Position numbers and translations under genes: made by a program. 45,643 bases of DNA from a virus (taxonomy: Duplodnaviria; Caudoviricetes). Shown here piece after piece: positions 26,560 to 35,422 of the stretch. Below the pieces are notes generated by a model. The model was not told the DNA's origin. It saw only the letters and a list, made by a program, of their open reading frames with translations, and searched no databases. Positions within the stretch are counted from its first letter, which is position 1, and each line of letters begins with the position of its first letter. The DNA lies in IMG/VR virus record IMGVR_UViG_3300049191_000027, positions 1-45,643 of that record, one strand, 5' to 3'.

Positions 26560-28917
26560 TTAGTCCTCAATTGCCGCGCCAATGACCCGACCATCCTTGT
26601 CGCGGAGGATCTTCTTGGGCTTGCGCATCGTCTCTTCCAACTGCTTCTGGCCCTTGATGACCTCTTGAACGGTCTTCTCAAGTGCCGCAATGTCCTTGCT
26701 GCTGTCTGCCTGCTTGGGTTGGGCTTTTGCCTGCTCCTTGGCCTGCTCCTTGGCGTGCTCGTTGCCCTTGTCGGCCATCTTTTCTTCGTGCATGCGGCCC
26801 TTGTCGGCCTCTTGCGCCTGAATGGCCGACTGCTTGTCCTGCGCCTCGGCCTGCTGGTCCTGCGAGTGGACCTGCACGCGAGCCTGCATCTCGGCAATCT
26901 GGATCTTGGTTTCGTTGTTGGCGTCGGTCGTGTACTGCGTGACCTGTGCCTGAACCTGCGTCTTCCACTTGTCGATTTCCAGACGCTGGGCCTCGAGTTG
27001 CGCCTCGTACTGGGCCTTGATCTGCTCGCGCTCGGCGTCGCGGGCGTCGTTGGCGGCCTGCAGCTCGAGCGTTGCGCGCAGTTCCTGCAGCTTGAGTTGA
27101 GCCCGCTGCTGCTCCTGCTGGAGCGAGACTTGGCCCTTCATCTGCTCGACCTGGACCGCCACTTGGCCCTTCATCTGCTCCTTGACCACTTCCGGGTTAG
27201 GAGCGGGCGGCATCGGCGGCTTGGTGGACGGGTCGTCCCAGAACTCGTTGGGATCCTTGAATCCGCCAGCCTGGGTCAGCCGCTTCAGGGCGTTATAGAC
27301 CTTGGGCGGGCTGGTCAGGCCGGCTTGCAGGGCCAGAATCTGCTTCTGGAGCACGCCTTCGAGGAAGACAATTTGCTGCATCTTGTCGCCAGCACCCAGG
27401 CCGACGCTGATCTGCATGTCTGCGCGCTTCTTCCACTGGCGCGGATCGACCGGCACCCACTGATTGCGCAGGCGGATCATCTCAGCCTTACGCGAGTGCT
27501 TCAGCGTCAGGGCATGGACAAGCTGAAACAGGCACTTCACGCCCGTCTCGGCAAAGATGCGCGCGATGAACTTGATGCGCTGCATCGCAGCGGTCAGCAT
27601 GGCCGAGTTGGCGTGCGCTCCGGCGTTGTTGTTGAGCGCGTTCGGGTCCAGACCCTGCTGTGCCTCGCTCACCCCAGTGCGCTTGGAGGCCACGCGGTCT
27701 ACGTACTCCATCATCGGCACGGCCACATCGCCGGTCGTGGAGTGCGTCAGCGGCATGATCGCCATACGCGGGTCGCCCTTGGTCCGCACCAAGCCGCCCG
27801 GCCGGCTGACAAGCATGTCATCGAGGTTGACAAGCGACTCATCAACCGCATGGCGCCCGTTGTTCGCCAGGTAGACGTTATCCAGCGATCCACGCAGAAG
27901 CGCGGTCTTGATGAGTTGCAAGTCCTTGACCGCATCGGCCAGGCTCAGGCCGGTATGCTGGTGCGGCAGGGGCGTCGGGCACAGGGCCACGAGTAGCGAG
28001 TGGTCCGCCTCCTCGTTCAGCAGGATCGTCGTGCCAACGATGATGACGTGGCGCAACTCTGCCTTGCCGTCGCCGTCCTCGTCATAGCGGATCCAGCACT
28101 CCCGCACCCAGACCTTGCGCATGCTCGGGTCTGTGTTCTCGCTTCCATCGCTTCGCAGCGTGGACGCATCCTGCCGGCGCTCTTCTTCCCAGACGTTGCT
28201 GGTGCTGCCACTGTCGGACAGCGTGTCCTCTACATCGAAGCCCTCGAGCCGTAGCTGGCTGATGGTCTTCTGTTCCCTGTGCTCCGAGAAGTTGCAGCTC
28301 GGATCTTGCAGGTTCAGGTTCCGCGCGTTGGGGTCAACGTAGACATTTTCAGGCGCCACGTTGACCAGCCGCACACACCCGTAACTGTGGGTACGCTGTA
28401 CCTCGATGTCCCAACCGGCCTCTGAGCGCTCTGCCGAGATAGGCTCAACCCCCTCATCCTGGAACAGCAGGACAGCCTCGTCTTCGGTCAGGCCCTTGTA
28501 CTTCTCTTTGGTGATGTCCTCTGCATCATCCCAGTAGGCTTTAACGTAGCCAACCTTCTGCAACAGCGCGTCATGGCTCCAGCAGTACCACGTTTCGAAC
28601 CAATTGTTCTTCTGGGTAATGATGTAGTTGACGAACTCGGATTCCTGCTCGGCAGCAGCCATGTCCTCAGGGCCACGAGGCGTGAACAGCACCACCTCAT
28701 CACCGCCGCAGAAGATATCCGCGAGTTGCGGCTTGATCCACTCCACGGTATCCCAGACATCGCGGCTGATGACCTGGGATCTGCCGTCTACCTCGTTCCC
28801 GAGCGGGTTGCCGAGGTAGTAGTCCAGCGCCTGGGTACGCTCCTTCGACAGCTCTCCATGCGTCTCGGCGACGGACTCGTATTGCTCAATCGCTTTGACA
28901 AGTAGTGCGTCGCTCAT
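26560..28917 (-). CDS. portal protein (P22-like) with long C-terminal coiled coil
   Basis: ALDYYLG...GRSQVISRDVWDTVEWIKPQL, HDALLQKVG, D.Q..KT..LR; follows TerL. Confidence 0.92.
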   Translation of the reverse strand: MSDALLVKAIEQYESVAETHGELSKERTQALDYYLGNPLGNEVDGRSQVISRDVWDTVEWIKPQLADIFCGGDEVVLFTPRGPEDMAAAEQESEFVNYIITQKNNWFETWYCWSHDALLQKVGYVKAYWDDAEDITKEKYKGLTEDEAVLLFQDEGVEPISAERSEAGWDIEVQRTHSYGCVRLVNVAPENVYVDPNARNLNLQDPSCNFSEHREQKTISQLRLEGFDVEDTLSDSGSTSNVWEEERRQDASTLRSDGSENTDPSMRKVWVRECWIRYDEDGDGKAELRHVIIVGTTILLNEEADHSLLVALCPTPLPHQHTGLSLADAVKDLQLIKTALLRGSLDNVYLANNGRHAVDESLVNLDDMLVSRPGGLVRTKGDPRMAIMPLTHSTTGDVAVPMMEYVDRVASKRTGVSEAQQGLDPNALNNNAGAHANSAMLTAAMQRIKFIARIFAETGVKCLFQLVHALTLKHSRKAEMIRLRNQWVPVDPRQWKKRADMQISVGLGAGDKMQQIVFLEGVLQKQILALQAGLTSPPKVYNALKRLTQAGGFKDPNEFWDDPSTKPPMPPAPNPEVVKEQMKGQVAVQVEQMKGQVSLQQEQQRAQLKLQELRATLELQAANDARDAEREQIKAQYEAQLEAQRLEIDKWKTQVQAQVTQYTTDANNETKIQIAEMQARVQVHSQDQQAEAQDKQSAIQAQEADKGRMHEEKMADKGNEHAKEQAKEQAKAQPKQADSSKDIAALEKTVQEVIKGQKQLEETMRKPKKILRDKDGRVIGAAIED

Positions 28918-29104
28918 CTTTGCGCGGTCGTCCAGGTTTACGCTTCTCTGTCGCTATCTCGGTCCACTCTGCCTGCTTGAACGTCTCGGCCAAGACCAAT
29001 TCCGCTCTCGCTTTCTGCACAGCGCGGATTTCAGCGATCTGCCGGTTGACCTCGGCCAACTGGGCCTCCAGGTCCTTAACTCGACGGTTGAGTTCGATAC
29101 TCAT
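28886..29104 (-). CDS. hypothetical coiled-coil protein
   Basis: 72 aa, KRKPGRPRK AT-hook-like motif; GGAG RBS. Confidence 0.65.
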   Translation of the reverse strand: MSIELNRRVKDLEAQLAEVNRQIAEIRAVQKARAELVLAETFKQAEWTEIATEKRKPGRPRKDERRTTCQSD

Positions 29105-29113
29105 GTGGCGCTC

Positions 29114-30361
29114 CTAGATGACCCCACCCTTGGGGTAAACGATTGGCTTCTGGTCTTCGTTGCTCATCTGCGGAACAACGAGCGAGAGATACCGGAAATC
29201 GTCAGCGCCGTGGCTGTTAATGTCGTGGACTGGGGCCGATGGCTCATCGGTGGTGGTCGGGACATTCCGCTTATACCGTTTCAGACGTGAAACCAGTAAA
29301 GCCGCCTTGGTTTTGTCGAAGTATACCCTCGGAAATAGCATTCGTGCCTGCTTGATACCTGTTTCAACAGGCTGATTCGGAGTTTGGGCCACGTCCCACC
29401 GCAGGTTTCTCATAATCTGCATGGCGGATTGGCCGGTTTTGTAGTCGCCATGTGCCCCGTCGTGCGGCAGGAACATGCGACCCCAGTTGTAATGGCGGTT
29501 TCTCAGCTCGGCCGATAACCAGTCCAGGGTTACGTGGTCAAACTCCAGATACTCGGGTATCCGCACCTCGGACAAATGCCGCTGGGCCAGGATTACCGCC
29601 ATCTTGTCGTTCCAGCCCAGGTCCAGCACCACATGGACCTTTAGCCTCGGGTCATACGGCACGTTGCACACGCGCCCAGCCTCGATGGCGTCGCGGATCT
29701 CGTTGGCGAAGATGGCGCCAGTAACGGCCGCCTTGCACTTGCCTAGCCAGACGTTCTCGTATTCGTCCTTGGAGTAGCGCCGCTCATCGCCCGCCCTCTC
29801 CTTCTCGAGCGTCTCGTTGAACCATGGGTTGTCCATGTAGTTCATCTCGACGCTTACGCAGTCGTCAGGCTGGTGCGTGACGAAGCGGTCATAGGTCGGG
29901 TCGTCGTCCAAGTCGGGGTTGAACGTCACCCAGATCTCAGAGCCTGGCTTGCGAATGGTCGGTGTGAGGATCTTCCAGGAGCGCTCGGATACCGTCTGCG
30001 CCTCTTCCACCCAGCACACATCTGCGCCCTCGAATGACTTGATAGAGTCAATCGTCTGGTCGCTCAGGCCGGCGAACAGGAACTCCGTGCCGTTCTTGCC
30101 CCGGATCTCGGTCGTGAAGATGTCGTAGAACGACGTGAGCCCGAGCGCGCCGATCTGGTCTTCAAGCAGCTTGTGTACGCTGTCCTTGATTGACTTCTGC
30201 ACTTCGCGCGAGCAGATGATGCGCAGCTTGGACTTGGCGCCCAGCACCAGCAGCGCCCGAGCAAAGCCCCATGACTTACCCGAGCCTCTGCCGCCCCGTG
30301 CTACCTTGTAGCGCTTGGGCTCGAAGAGGAAGCGCAGCTTGGATGGGAACTCAGCGTTCAA
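29114..30361 (-). CDS. terL: terminase large subunit (PBSX-like)
   Basis: Walker A GGRGSGKS, Walker B WVEEA, TFNP, nuclease LDLG..D and SHGADDFRY; start codon uncertain (TTG). Confidence 0.95.
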   Translation of the reverse strand: MNAEFPSKLRFLFEPKRYKVARGGRGSGKSWGFARALLVLGAKSKLRIICSREVQKSIKDSVHKLLEDQIGALGLTSFYDIFTTEIRGKNGTEFLFAGLSDQTIDSIKSFEGADVCWVEEAQTVSERSWKILTPTIRKPGSEIWVTFNPDLDDDPTYDRFVTHQPDDCVSVEMNYMDNPWFNETLEKERAGDERRYSKDEYENVWLGKCKAAVTGAIFANEIRDAIEAGRVCNVPYDPRLKVHVVLDLGWNDKMAVILAQRHLSEVRIPEYLEFDHVTLDWLSAELRNRHYNWGRMFLPHDGAHGDYKTGQSAMQIMRNLRWDVAQTPNQPVETGIKQARMLFPRVYFDKTKAALLVSRLKRYKRNVPTTTDEPSAPVHDINSHGADDFRYLSLVVPQMSNEDQKPIVYPKGGVI

Positions 30362-30557
30362 CTGGCGACGCCATGATGAAGGCATGCCATGAGTGCTCAG
30401 GGAGGACGCGCGCCTCACAGAACGCCTTGACGGCCTCGAATGCTGCAATTACCGCCGCTGGCTCATGCCCAGGCGCATTCCTGTACGCCTGCATCAGTTG
30501 GTAGAACTCAAGCGACTCGAAGTGCTGGTCAGCGGCGATATCAGTCTGCTCGCTCAT
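30351..30557 (-). CDS. hypothetical protein
   Basis: 68 aa between TerS and TerL, ATGA overlap. Confidence 0.6.
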   Translation of the reverse strand: MSEQTDIAADQHFESLEFYQLMQAYRNAPGHEPAAVIAAFEAVKAFCEARVLPEHSWHAFIMASPVER

Positions 30558-30814
30558 TTGAACGTCACCGTGATCCCCGTCAGCAGCGGGTTGTCCGGGT
30601 CGCCCTGCACCTGAAGCGGCAAGACCTTGCCCACCAGCGCCAGGAATGGGCCAGGATGTGTCTCTGCCTTCTCGGCTAGGTACGCCATGCCTCCAGCCTC
30701 CTCGAGCGCCCCAAGAATCAGCTCCTTGAGTTCGCCCGTGAATCGGTTCGGCGTACCCTTCTGCCGTCCGCCCGTCTTCGGCCGCTTCTTGGCCTCTACT
30801 TTAGAAGCGCTCAC
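30554..30814 (-). CDS. terminase small subunit (probable)
   Basis: KTGGRQKGTPN, FLALVGKVLP, upstream of TerL. Confidence 0.7.
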   Translation of the reverse strand: MSASKVEAKKRPKTGGRQKGTPNRFTGELKELILGALEEAGGMAYLAEKAETHPGPFLALVGKVLPLQVQGDPDNPLLTGITVTFK

Positions 30815-31112
30815 TAACTTTCTCCTTCGCCCACTTCAATGCGGCTACTGCCTCTTCCAAGCTGCGCACCTTGCTCGTCACCATCCACGCCATGGAGTGC
30901 CAGCGCTCTTGTGCTGCTGTGAGCTTTTGAGCGCTGAGTGGCTTGGCTCCGTCTTTCAACTCCAGAAAGTGCGGCATGCCTGGTGCCACAGCGACGGCCA
31001 AGTCAGGAATGCCGTCACCCGCTCCAGATAGGTCGAGTACCACATACCCGAGACCTCGCAGGCCATCGCGGATTGCCGCGTGATTCGCATCCGTTCTTCG
31101 CGCATATTTCAC
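30801..31112 (-). CDS. VRR-NUC / PD-(D/E)xK nuclease (resolvase-like)
   Basis: ARRTDANH, GIPDLAV, FLELKD, LTAAQ. Confidence 0.8.
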   Translation of the reverse strand: MKYARRTDANHAAIRDGLRGLGYVVLDLSGAGDGIPDLAVAVAPGMPHFLELKDGAKPLSAQKLTAAQERWHSMAWMVTSKVRSLEEAVAALKWAKEKVSERF

Positions 31113-31216
31113 TCCCGCGCGCCCGCTTCCAGCAGCAGACACAGGAAGCCAATCAGCCACACCCACCATGGAGCGCTGTAGGCCCACGCCATGAAGAATC
31201 CAAATAGAGCAAGCAT
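31109..31216 (-). CDS. small membrane peptide (35 aa)
   Basis: Not in the track; MLALFGFFMAWAYSAPWWVWLIGFLCLLL; overlaps both neighbours. Confidence 0.5.
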   Translation of the reverse strand: MLALFGFFMAWAYSAPWWVWLIGFLCLLLEAGARE

Positions 31217-31410
31217 CAGTTCTCCGTCGCTGAGAACACAACCCACAGGATCAGCGCAATGCAGATCGCGAACACCACATCAAGCACCAGCGCCTGAGCA
31301 CCGCGCTCGGCGTCTACGGTATCTTCACGGGGGACTGGGATAGGCCCCCTGCCCTGGTTTGCGTCAGGGCTGTACAGGTTGGGGTCTTGGCGACGGTTGG
31401 GCCAGTTCAT
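31216..31410 (-). CDS. hypothetical membrane-anchored protein
   Basis: GGAG RBS, MNWPNRRQ..., C-terminal hydrophobic helix. Confidence 0.55.
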   Translation of the reverse strand: MNWPNRRQDPNLYSPDANQGRGPIPVPREDTVDAERGAQALVLDVVFAICIALILWVVFSATEN

Positions 31411-31427
31411 GGTGTGCTCCACTTTGG

Positions 31428-31619
31428 TCATTCGGCTTGCGACTCGGCATATAGCTGCATCGCCACGAATCGCGCTTGCCAGCAGGTGGTGCAGTACCAC
31501 CAACCCTTGTACCCGTAGTGCGACGGCTCGCCGCATCCAGCACAAGGCCACGGCTCTGGTTTGCGCTGGCGCGGCATCGTCAAGACCTCATGGCCGTCCA
31601 TGGTGTGCTCCCGTGTCAT
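31428..31619 (-). CDS. small Zn-finger protein
   Basis: CAGC...CTTC; start uncertain. Confidence 0.5.
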   Translation of the reverse strand: MTREHTMDGHEVLTMPRQRKPEPWPCAGCGEPSHYGYKGWWYCTTCWQARFVAMQLYAESQAE

Positions 31620-31822
31620 GCGGCCAGTCCCGGCGCCTGCGACCACCCAAGCACCCTGCCATCACGCAAGATGCGCGGGCACGCAAGGCGGGCATCGTTG
31701 AGGCGCACGAGCGCCTGATAGACGGTCTCGACCGGCATCCCGAGACGGTGTGCGATGCGATAGGCTGGGACAGGGTCCGCACCCAACTCGGCGGCGACAG
31801 ATCTGGCTTCGTCGCGGGTCAT
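31616..31822 (-). CDS. winged-helix-like DNA-binding protein
   Basis: AYRIAHRLGMPVETVYQALVRL HTH pattern. Confidence 0.55.
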   Translation of the reverse strand: MTRDEARSVAAELGADPVPAYRIAHRLGMPVETVYQALVRLNDARLACPRILRDGRVLGWSQAPGLAA

Positions 31823-31971
31823 GCGGGCTCCTTCTTCGGCTCCGGCTTCGCAATGCGAGCACGGATGCGGTCTCGGATGGCCTTCAGTTCCTCCACCCGC
31901 TCGGGGCTCGGCTTCGACGGCTCCGACATCCGTTGGCGCAGCTCGCGCAGGACTTCGCTGTAGCGTTTCAT
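31819..31971 (-). CDS. hypothetical protein (50 aa)
   Basis: GGAGG RBS, ATGA overlap. Confidence 0.55.
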   Translation of the reverse strand: MKRYSEVLRELRQRMSEPSKPSPERVEELKAIRDRIRARIAKPEPKKEPA

Positions 31972-32561
31972 GCGGCCTCCGGCGTCGGCAGAAGTGGCTT
32001 CGTCGCCTTGCCTACGACAGCGAGCATGGCCGCGTTGGGCGGCGGAAGCATCGGCGACAGCACTTGCGCATGCGCCAGCGACAGGCGGCCTTTGCTCACA
32101 GCCTCCGACAGAACGGCATCGCGCGTGCGCGGGTCGTGGCCGAGAGACGGGTACCACTTGACCGGCTCACCCTTGTCTCGAGCCTGGCTCACCAGCCGCG
32201 TGTATGTCTCCTTGAAGGCCATGCGCGCCGCCACCGTGTCGCCAGCGTCCAGCAGCGAAACGCACGTCCCGAACGCCTGCGACATCTCGGCCGTCCAGAC
32301 AACCGAGTCGGCCTCGGTCTTCGGAAGCATCGCAAACGCCTCCTCCACGCCGGGCCTGCCGTCGTCGATTCGTGAGACGACATCGGCGATGGTCAGCACG
32401 CCGCGCACCTCTTTGCGGCAGCGGGCCAGCGCAGCAATGACGGCCTGCTCGGGATACACCGACAGGTCGTTGACGAAAACTGCCGCAGCTTCCGGCGAGA
32501 ACACCCGGCCGCACAGTTCTGCGGTCACGGCAACGGCCTTGATGAGTTCAGTGCTGGGCAT
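31968..32561 (-). CDS. replication protein (helicase loader/inhibitor-like)
   Basis: MPSTELIKAV.., GRPGVEEAF, ARMAFKETY, SLGHD; follows the initiator. Confidence 0.7.
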   Translation of the reverse strand: MPSTELIKAVAVTAELCGRVFSPEAAAVFVNDLSVYPEQAVIAALARCRKEVRGVLTIADVVSRIDDGRPGVEEAFAMLPKTEADSVVWTAEMSQAFGTCVSLLDAGDTVAARMAFKETYTRLVSQARDKGEPVKWYPSLGHDPRTRDAVLSEAVSKGRLSLAHAQVLSPMLPPPNAAMLAVVGKATKPLLPTPEAA

Positions 32562-33354
32562 GGTCTTCCTCGGCTTGAGCCTTCGCCAACAGCGGCGCAA
32601 AGGCGTTGAAGTTCGTCTGTGTGCGGTCGGCCTGGATGGCGCCGGCCATCGTGACTTGACGGTTCGTGAACCACTCCGTGCGCAACTTCTCGGCATCGCG
32701 CAACAGCGGCCCGACCGCATGCATCGCCCGGACGTAGAAGCTCCCCTGGTGCCCGACGTAGAAGGCCGCCACGAATGGCGCCTCCTCGGCGCCCAGCTTC
32801 CCGACGACTTGGGCCAACTGAGCGTTGACGGTCTTGTTCCGAACCGGCTCCGCGCCGTAGCGACTCGCATAGGCCTTGGCGTAGGAGTCCCATGTCGCAG
32901 CACTAGGCGCCTCCGCCCGGCGCGGCTTGCCTGCGACAGCAGGCGGGCCGAAACCTGTCTCTGCCTCTGCCTCTGTCAATGCCTCTGGTCTCTGAGATGT
33001 CTCTGTCTCTGCCTCTGTCTCTGGTACAGCAGACTGCAAGCGCCCTGCTAGCGGCGTGCTGGCGTCTTGCACCGGCAAGAAGAAGCCTTTTTCCAGCAGG
33101 GGGCGCAGTGCTACAGAGATTTCCTTCTCTGTGGTGCGCAGGCGAAACGCCAAATCGTCCGGGTCCGCATTGATGACGCCATCAACCGATTCACTGGCAA
33201 TGAGCCAGAGCATGGGGGCCAGAGCCCTGCTTGCGACCGGAAGTCGCTGGAAGTCCTTGTTGTCCAACAACCCACGATGGAGCCGGATCCACGGCGGGTT
33301 CCGGTCCTTGTAGTGCTGGAAGTCCCGCCAGTTCTTCGGGACGATTTTGGTCAC
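32548..33354 (-). CDS. replication initiator protein
   Basis: KNWRDFQHYKDRNPPWIRLH N-terminus, ETEAETE linker, YGAEPVRN. Confidence 0.8.
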   Translation of the reverse strand: MTKIVPKNWRDFQHYKDRNPPWIRLHRGLLDNKDFQRLPVASRALAPMLWLIASESVDGVINADPDDLAFRLRTTEKEISVALRPLLEKGFFLPVQDASTPLAGRLQSAVPETEAETETSQRPEALTEAEAETGFGPPAVAGKPRRAEAPSAATWDSYAKAYASRYGAEPVRNKTVNAQLAQVVGKLGAEEAPFVAAFYVGHQGSFYVRAMHAVGPLLRDAEKLRTEWFTNRQVTMAGAIQADRTQTNFNAFAPLLAKAQAEEDHAQH

Positions 33355-33542
33355 GCGGTCTCCTTGAACTGCGCCATCCGCGCCTTGATCCGCTCCGCGT
33401 CCCGTTTCCAGGATTGCGCCAGCGCAGGCCAGCCGATGGTGGTGGCTTGGGCGACATGGCGCTCCGCTGCCATTAGCATTCGGCGGAGGCCGCGCTCGGA
33501 GGTGCAGCGGTCTAGCTTGGATTGAGAGAAGAGCCAGGGCAT
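33351..33542 (-). CDS. hypothetical protein
   Basis: AGGAGG RBS; 63 aa. Confidence 0.6.
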   Translation of the reverse strand: MPWLFSQSKLDRCTSERGLRRMLMAAERHVAQATTIGWPALAQSWKRDAERIKARMAQFKETA

Positions 33543-33551
33543 GGCGCCTCC

Positions 33552-33986
33552 TTACGCACGCCTGTCGTGCCTGGCACGCAACTCGGCGTTCTCCCGCCGC
33601 AACCGCTCCACTTCCGTCTCGAGCGGGGCGCGGCGAACGATGTCGCACCCCATCTGGTCGGCCAGCCACTGCAGCGGAGCGAGCGATTCCGTCGTCCGCA
33701 TGAATTTCACGAGCTTGGCACCCCACAAGCCCGCTGTCCCCTTGAGAATCTTTGACATCGTTCCGTGCGAGACGTGAAGAACGTCCGCTACCTCGTAGTC
33801 ATCCATCGAGGCACCCTGCACGGCGAACCGCAAGGTCCCCTCCCACGATGCGCGGGAGATGAAATCCATTGCCGCCGCCTGCGGCCCCTTGACCTCGCAG
33901 AGCCAAGGCATTTCGCCCTGTGCTTGCGAATCCTTTCCTGACCTTTCCTGTCCTTTCGCGTTGTTGGCGTCCACGATTGAGCCCAT
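33552..33986 (-). CDS. CII-like transcriptional regulator
   Basis: HTH VADVLHVSHGTMSKILKG, PLQWLA; downstream of cro. Confidence 0.7.
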   Translation of the reverse strand: MGSIVDANNAKGQERSGKDSQAQGEMPWLCEVKGPQAAAMDFISRASWEGTLRFAVQGASMDDYEVADVLHVSHGTMSKILKGTAGLWGAKLVKFMRTTESLAPLQWLADQMGCDIVRRAPLETEVERLRRENAELRARHDRRA

Positions 33987-34084
33987 GACGAATCCCTCCA
34001 AGCGCCAGAAGCGCCCTTCTTGTTGTTTGCCCTATGCGGGCGAGACGCCGGCCCCCTCAGACCGGCAGCGGATGGGTACTGCAG

Positions 34085-34121
34085 AAAAGACGCCCGACCC
34101 CTCACACGAGGAGCCGGGCGC
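34085..34121 (-). terminator. tR1-like terminator between cro and the CII-like gene
   Basis: GCGCCCGGCTCCTC-GTGT-GAGGGGTCGGGCGT followed by CTTTT. Confidence 0.65.
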
Positions 34122-34152
34122 AAAGGCCGCAGGAGCGGCCAGGGAGGAGACA

Positions 34153-34275
34153 ATGGATCCAGCACGAGCAGCGCTCCAGAGGTTCCTGGTGCGCTTGCTG
34201 GTGCGGATGGCTGGTGACAGTGCGCGAGCATCCGAAGAGTTGCTGCGGGCAGCTTCAGAAAGGAAACTGCTGTGA
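34153..34275 (+). CDS. small ORF convergent with cro (40 aa)
   Basis: GGAGGA RBS; MDPARAALQRFLVRLLVRM... Confidence 0.4.
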   Translation: MDPARAALQRFLVRLLVRMAGDSARASEELLRAASERKLL

Positions 34276-34283
34276 TGCATGGC

Positions 34284-34484
34284 TCAAGCCTTTGCGGTCG
34301 CGCCGGAAGCGATCTCCCTGTCATGCAGGGCTTCCAGCTTCCGATAGTTGCGCGACATGACATCCTTCACGCCACCGCGGAGAACCTTGCTCAACGTCGG
34401 CTGCGGGATGCCGGTCTCTTCGGCAATCTGCTGCTGCGTCATCCCCCTATCGATGAGGGCCGCGATGAGATCCTTGGCTTCCAT
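34284..34484 (-). CDS. cro: Cro-like repressor
   Basis: 66 aa HTH MTQQQIAEETGIPQPTLSK, divergent from the CI-like gene. Confidence 0.85.
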   Translation of the reverse strand: MEAKDLIAALIDRGMTQQQIAEETGIPQPTLSKVLRGGVKDVMSRNYRKLEALHDREIASGATAKA

Positions 34485-34492
34485 GGCTGTCG

Positions 34493-34530
34493 TATTCCTT
34501 CACGACTATTTTGCCAGTCTTTCAGGAATA
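34493..34530. promoter_or_regulatory. OR-like operator pair
   Basis: 16-bp imperfect palindromes TATTCCTTCACGACTA (34493-34508) and CAGTCTTTCAGGAATA (34515-34530), similar to the OL sites. Confidence 0.65.
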
Positions 34531-34553
34531 TGCAAGCGGGATTAAATCCGGGC

Positions 34554-35030
34554 GTGCCAAGACCCTTAGAAACGCTCGCTCAACGCCTTCGGCTTGCCCG
34601 CCGCATGCGCAAGCTGTCGCAGGCTCACCTCGCCGAACGCGCCGGCCTGAAGCAATCCGACATCTCGAAGATCGAGAACGGCAAGATCAGCAAGACCACT
34701 GCCATGGCGAGGCTGTCTCATGTGCTTCGCGTACCAGCCGCTTGGCTTGAGCTCAACGAGGGCCAGGAGCCGGACTGGTCGGATGACAGCGAGCCGCCAA
34801 AGGCGAGCGCCGAACCAGGTGAGCGTGACGCTCTGCTCGAGCGGATGCTCATCGCCTACAAAGCAATCCTCCCGACTGATCGCGCCAACTATGTGGCACA
34901 GATGGAGCGGCGTGCAGGCGAAATCCGTGAAATCGAGAAGCGGCTACGAGAGAGGGCCGGCCATGAGTTGTTGAATCCTGTGGTCCATCAGCCGGCGGGG
35001 AGCGTCGGCAAGAAAGGGAAGTTGTCATGA
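34554..35030 (+). CDS. CI-like repressor (HTH_XRE), no recognisable S24 peptidase domain
   Basis: LAQRLRLARR..LSQAHLAERAGLKQSDISKIENG; start may instead be 34530. Confidence 0.85.
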   Translation: MPRPLETLAQRLRLARRMRKLSQAHLAERAGLKQSDISKIENGKISKTTAMARLSHVLRVPAAWLELNEGQEPDWSDDSEPPKASAEPGERDALLERMLIAYKAILPTDRANYVAQMERRAGEIREIEKRLRERAGHELLNPVVHQPAGSVGKKGKLS

Positions 35031-35275
35031 GGCGTCCGTTTACCTTGGTTCCGTCGCGCGGGTCTGAAGACACTGAGAAGTGCGTCACAGAGTTGCTTGC
35101 CGGCATCAAGGCCAAGAAGATCATCGGTGTGGCCTATGTCGCGATCTATGCCCAGCGACAGTACGAGGCCCATCTGTGCGGCGAAGCAGATCGAAGCCCA
35201 ACATTCACCCGCGGCGCCGTCGGAGCGCTTGAGGACAAGTTGCGCGCACGAATTCACGGCCTAGAGGCCGACTAG
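35027..35275 (+). CDS. hypothetical protein co-transcribed with the repressor
   Basis: ATGA overlap with the repressor; followed by a terminator. Confidence 0.7.
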   Translation: MRRPFTLVPSRGSEDTEKCVTELLAGIKAKKIIGVAYVAIYAQRQYEAHLCGEADRSPTFTRGAVGALEDKLRARIHGLEAD

Positions 35276-35296
35276 GCCAAACCGGCACCAACACAC

Positions 35297-35321
35297 AAAG
35301 CCCGCCACGAGCGGGCTTTTT
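35297..35321 (+). terminator. rho-independent (possibly bidirectional) terminator
   Basis: AAAGCCCGC-CACGA-GCGGGCTTTTT. Confidence 0.85.
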
Positions 35322-35339
35322 CATGCCCCAGACAAAAAA

Positions 35340-35381
35340 TATGCTTTTACGCTTGACCGTAGATATGCTTTAAGGCATAGT
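35340..35381 (+). promoter_or_regulatory. PL-like promoter with two operators
   Basis: TTGACC-17 bp-CATAGT overlapped by TATGCTTTTACGCTTG and the near-palindrome TATGCTTTAAGGCATA. Confidence 0.75.
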
Positions 35382-35422
35382 CTCTCTCATCGACACACCG
35401 CACAGCGGAGATGGGAGCAGAG

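Noticed and set aside
23824-27996. Long plus-strand ORFs (637 aa and 648 aa) and many similar antisense ORFs
   Set aside because: Shadow frames of GC-rich real genes on the minus strand; no motifs or RBS
32953-33024. (CTCTGY)n microsatellite-like repeat
   Set aside because: Encodes the ETEAETE linker common in phage replication initiators; not CRISPR. An origin role cannot be excluded but is unsupported
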